IMG/VR virus record: IMGVR_UViG_2703718784_000007
DNA from: a virus
Taxonomy: Duplodnaviria > Heunggongvirae > Uroviricota > Caudoviricetes
Length of the DNA: 26,417 bases
Strand: one strand, 5' to 3'
Shown: positions 23,348 through 26,417 of the stretch, piece by piece
Layout of the letters: the number at the start of each line of letters is the position of its first letter
Numbering within the stretch: the first letter of the stretch is position 1
Program-made: the position numbers and the translations under genes
The notes under the pieces: generated by a model
Database searches by the model: none
Told to the model about the DNA's origin: nothing
What the model saw: the letters and a program-made list of their open reading frames with translations, nothing else

Positions 23348-24046
23348 ATGCAGGATATTCACGAAGCAAGCCTGAACGAGTCGGTTAAATCAGAGCAGTC
23401 ACCGCGGGTGGTGCTCTGGGAAATCGACCTGACTGTGCAGGGCGGTGAACGGTATTTTTTCTGCAATGAGCTGAATGAAAAAGGGGAGCCGGTGACCTGG
23501 CAGGGGCGGAAGTATGAGGCGTACCCGATTGAGGGCAGCGGCTTTGAGATGAACGGAAAGGGCAGCAGTGCCCGCCCGTCGCTGACGGTGTCCAATCTGT
23601 TCGGCCTTGTCACCGGGATGGCGGAGGATTTGCAGAGCCTGGTGGGTGCCACGGTGGTCCGCCGCCGGGTGTATGCCCGTTTTCTGGATGCGGTGAATTT
23701 TGTGGCGGGGAATCCGGAGGCCGACCCGGAGCAGGAGCTGACGGACCGGTGGGTGGTGGAGCAGATGTCATCGCTGACAGCCATGACGGCCTCGTTTGTG
23801 CTGGCGACACCGACGGAGACGGACGGGGCGCTGTTTCCCGGTCGCATCATGCTGGCGAACACCTGTATGTGGGATTACCGGGGCGATGAATGCGGGTATA
23901 ACGGTCCGGCAGTGGCGGATGAGTTCGACAACCCCACCACGGATATCCGGAAGGACAGATGCAGTAAATACATGCGCGGGTGTGAGATGCGCGGCATGGC
24001 GGTTAATTTTGGCGGTTTCCTTTCCATTAATAAACTTTCGCAGTAA
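23348..24046 (+). CDS. L: Minor tail protein L
   Basis: Start at ATG 23348 (MQDIHEASLNE...), since the track start 23306 overlaps the porin terminator; close similarity to lambda gpL as recalled (…GFLSINKLSQ end). Confidence 0.9.
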   Translation: MQDIHEASLNESVKSEQSPRVVLWEIDLTVQGGERYFFCNELNEKGEPVTWQGRKYEAYPIEGSGFEMNGKGSSARPSLTVSNLFGLVTGMAEDLQSLVGATVVRRRVYARFLDAVNFVAGNPEADPEQELTDRWVVEQMSSLTAMTASFVLATPTETDGALFPGRIMLANTCMWDYRGDECGYNGPAVADEFDNPTTDIRKDRCSKYMRGCEMRGMAVNFGGFLSINKLSQ

Positions 24047-24056
24047 ATCCTGTTTT

Positions 24057-24800
24057 ATGACACAGACTGAATCAGCGATTCTGGCGCATGCCCGGCGGTG
24101 TGCGCCTGAGGAGTCGTGCGGCTTCGTGATAAGCACGCCGGAGGGCAACCTGTACCAGCCGTGCGTGAATATCTCTGCAGAGCCTGAGGCATATTTTCGT
24201 ATTGCACCGGAAGACTGGCTGCGGGCAGAGATGCAGGGGGAGATTGTGGCGCTGGTCCACAGTCATCCCGGTGGTCTGCCCTGGCTGAGCGAGGCTGACC
24301 GGCGGCTGCAGATAAAAAGCGCACTGCCCTGGTGGCTGGTCAGCCGGGGGGAAATTCACCGGTTCCGCTGTGTGCCGCACCTGACCGGACGGCGCTTTGA
24401 ACACGGTGTGACGGACTGTTACACCCTGTTCCTGGATGCATACCATCTGGCGGGGATTGAGATGCCGGATTTTCACCGCGAGGATGACTGGTGGCGCAAC
24501 GGTCAGAACCTGTACCTGGACAACCTGGCGGAAAACGGCTTTTACCGTGTGTCTCCGTCCTGTGCACAGGCAGGCGATATCCTGCTGTGCTGCTTTGGCG
24601 CATCGGTGCCGAATCATGCCGCCATTTACTGTGGCAACGGTGAGCTGCTTCACCATATACCTGAACAACTGAGTAAACGGGAGAGGTATTCAGAGAAATG
24701 GCAACGACGAACGCATTCTGTCTGGCGTCACCGCCACTGGTCCGCATCTGCCTTCACGGGGATTTACAACGATTTGGTCGCCGCATCAGCCTGTATGTGA
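24057..24800 (+). CDS. K: Tail tip assembly protein K
   Basis: Start at ATG 24057 (MTQTESAILAHARRCAP...), in frame with track ORF 23796-24800, whose upstream part overlaps L; similarity to lambda gpK N-terminus as recalled. Confidence 0.85.
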   Translation: MTQTESAILAHARRCAPEESCGFVISTPEGNLYQPCVNISAEPEAYFRIAPEDWLRAEMQGEIVALVHSHPGGLPWLSEADRRLQIKSALPWWLVSRGEIHRFRCVPHLTGRRFEHGVTDCYTLFLDAYHLAGIEMPDFHREDDWWRNGQNLYLDNLAENGFYRVSPSCAQAGDILLCCFGASVPNHAAIYCGNGELLHHIPEQLSKRERYSEKWQRRTHSVWRHRHWSASAFTGIYNDLVAASACM

Positions 24801-25378
24801 ACACGGCAGCGGAGGCTATCCGTGCCCTGTCGCTGCAGGTGCCGGGATTCCGCTGTCAGATGAACGAAGGCTGGTACCAGATACGTATTGCCGGTGAGGA
24901 TACCGCGCCGGAGGCGGTGTATGCCCGTCTTCATGAACCGCTGAGCGGGAGGGCCGTGATTCATATTGTACCGCGGCTGGCAGGGGCCGGGGGAAATGGT
25001 GTTTTTCAGGTGGTGCTGGGGGCAGCAGCCATCGTGGGCTCTTTCTTCACCGCCGGTGCAATGATGGCGTTGTGGGGCGCAGCCCTGAGTGCCGGAGGGC
25101 TGACTGCCACCACGATGCTGTTCTCACTGGGTGCCAGCATGATACTGGGTGGTGTGGCCCAGATGCTGGCCCCGAAGGCAAAGACGCCGGAGTACAAAAG
25201 CACGGATAACGGCAGACAGAACACGTATTTTTCGTCACTGGACAACATGATTGCCCAGGGGAACCCGATGCCGGTGCCTTACGGTGAAATGCTGGTTGGC
25301 TCACGACGGATATCCCAGGACATCAGCACCCGTGATGAGGGCAGTGACGGGAAAGTGGTGGTTATCGGGCGAGGATGA
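24698..25378 (+). CDS. I: Tail tip assembly protein I
   Basis: Similarity to lambda gpI as recalled (RICL.GDLQRFGRRI.L...T.AEAIRAL...); overlaps the end of K by 103 nt. Confidence 0.9.
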   Translation: MATTNAFCLASPPLVRICLHGDLQRFGRRISLYVNTAAEAIRALSLQVPGFRCQMNEGWYQIRIAGEDTAPEAVYARLHEPLSGRAVIHIVPRLAGAGGNGVFQVVLGAAAIVGSFFTAGAMMALWGAALSAGGLTATTMLFSLGASMILGGVAQMLAPKAKTPEYKSTDNGRQNTYFSSLDNMIAQGNPMPVPYGEMLVGSRRISQDISTRDEGSDGKVVVIGRG

Positions 25379-25382
25379 AAAT

Positions 25383-25545
25383 AAAAAAATCCCGCAGTGC
25401 TCGGCGCCTGCGGGAAGAGAACGATGTTGACTAACCTGTTGGCGTTTTATTTTTATTTACCCGCAAAAAATGTAACGCAGCGTCATTATTGTGGCTACAG
25501 GTAATTTGCAGAAATGTGAATAAATTCAGACTTTTTATCCGGTAG
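25383..25545. repeat. Copy 1 of duplicated ~160-bp non-coding element in the I-J spacer
   Basis: Direct repeat of 25614-25768; hairpin tcccgcag/ctgcggga at 25390-25415 preceded by an A7 tract (a terminator when read on the minus strand). Confidence 0.6.
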
Positions 25546-25613
25546 CGGGGGAGCGGAAGCCAGGCGGGTATCTGTGGAAGAAGACAGATAACATCGTGCC
25601 GGGTTTAAGGGAT

Positions 25614-25768
25614 AAAAAAATCCCGCAGAATCAGCGGAGCTGCGGGAGAGAACGATGAAGATTAACGTTATGGAGTTATTTTTCAGGCATCAAAAATGTA
25701 ACGCAGCGTCATTATTGTGGCTACAGGCAATTGCCGGAAATGTGAAGAATTTCAGAAATTTTATTCCG
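25614..25768. repeat. Copy 2 of duplicated ~160-bp non-coding element in the I-J spacer
   Basis: Same conserved blocks (aaaaaaatcccgcag...ctgcgggagagaacgatg...aaaaatgtaacgcagcgtcattattgtggctacagg...gaaatgtgaa); hairpin 25621-25647 has an identical stem and a different loop. Confidence 0.6.
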
Positions 25769-25776
25769 TCATGACA

Positions 25777-25806
25777 CAGGCACCCTCCGGGGTGCCTGTT
25801 GTTTTT
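25777..25806 (+). terminator. Intrinsic terminator about 50 bp upstream of J (caggcacc-ctccgg-ggtgcctg followed by ttgttttt)
   Basis: Perfect 8-bp GC-rich stem, 6-nt loop, T-rich tail. Confidence 0.6.
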
Positions 25807-25856
25807 GGGCATAAACAGATTCAGACATCAGACATCAGACAGGAGAGGGGGACAGA

Positions 25857-26417
25857 GTGGGTAAAGGGGGCGGCAAGGGGCACACACCGCGTGAGGCGAA
25901 GGACAATCTCAAATCCACGCAGATGATGAGCGTGATTGATGCCATTGGTGAGGGACCGGTGGAAGGCCCGGTGAAGGGACTGCAGAGTATTCTGGTGAAC
26001 AAAACCCCGCTGACGGACACGGACGGTAATCCCGTGATACACGGTGTGACCGCCGTCTGGCGTGCCGGGGAGCAGGAGCAGACACCGCCGGAAGGCTTTG
26101 AGTCCTCCGGGGCGGAAACCGCACTGGGCGTGGAGGTGACGAAGGCAAAGCCGGTGACGCGCACCATCACGTCAGCGAACATTGACCGTCTGCGGGTCAC
26201 CTTCGGGGTGCAGTCACTGGTGGAGACCACCTCAAAGGGTGACCGTAATCCCTCTTCTGTCCGGCTGCTGATTCAGCTTGAGCGTAACGGTAACTGGGTG
26301 ACGGAGAAGGATGTCACCATTAACGGCAAGACCACCTCGCAGTACCTGACGTCGGTGATTCTGAATAATCTCCCTGAGCGCCCCTTTAATATCCGGATGG
26401 TCAGGGAGACGGCGGAC
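25857..26417 (+). CDS. J: Tail fibre / central tail tip protein J, N-terminal part (truncated by window end)
   Basis: GTG start with AGGAGAGGGG RBS; open to the end of the window (187 codons); close similarity to lambda gpJ N-terminus as recalled (GKG..KGHTPREAKDNLKSTQ..SVIDAI.EGP.EGPV); absent from the ORF track because it has no stop. Confidence 0.9.
   Translation, partial: MGKGGGKGHTPREAKDNLKSTQMMSVIDAIGEGPVEGPVKGLQSILVNKTPLTDTDGNPVIHGVTAVWRAGEQEQTPPEGFESSGAETALGVEVTKAKPVTRTITSANIDRLRVTFGVQSLVETTSKGDRNPSSVRLLIQLERNGNWVTEKDVTINGKTTSQYLTSVILNNLPERPFNIRMVRETAD

Noticed and set aside
23796-24056. Upstream extension of K (track start 23796)
   Set aside because: Overlaps the 3' end of L; the MTQTES... 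start at 24057 matches lambda K and follows the L stop.
25717-25926. 69-aa ORF across the J start
   Set aside because: Different frame from J, begins inside the non-coding duplicated element, and its 3' part overlaps the well-supported J N-terminus.
1-26417. Integrase, attachment sites, IS elements or transposase
   Set aside because: None seen; the window lies entirely within the late region and does not reach the prophage ends.

Overview
This window is the late (lysis plus morphogenesis) arm of a lambdoid prophage of the kind found in Escherichia/Shigella, almost entirely on the + strand. All calls are by eye from the sequence and ORF track; no searches were run. In order: a TolA-C-terminal-domain-like lipoprotein gene; three tandem copies of a structured, terminator-ended non-coding module (copies A and C each followed by a convergent minus-strand sRNA-like unit); the Stx-phage-type sialate O-acetylesterase nanS-p, with no stx genes; a lysis cassette (S21-type dual-start pinholin, SAR endolysin, Rz with embedded Rz1); a TonB-C-terminal-domain-like lipoprotein gene; an orphan ribbon-helix-helix gene on the minus strand; HNH endonuclease, a cos-like region, TerS and TerL; a prohead protease-scaffold-major capsid fusion gene placed before the portal gene; a tandem-repeat protein interrupted by N-run assembly gaps; head-tail connector genes; and a lambda-like tail module V, G/GT (-1 frameshift at A AAA AAG), H, M, L, K, I, J (J cut by the window end). 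The tail module is interrupted by an OmpC/OmpF-family porin moron between M and L and by a 478-bp duplicated non-coding insert between I and J. The most interesting candidates are the pair of lipoprotein-anchored TolA/TonB C-terminal-domain mimics and the two sets of repeated RNA-like elements. No rRNA, tRNA, CRISPR array, integrase or IS element was recognised.
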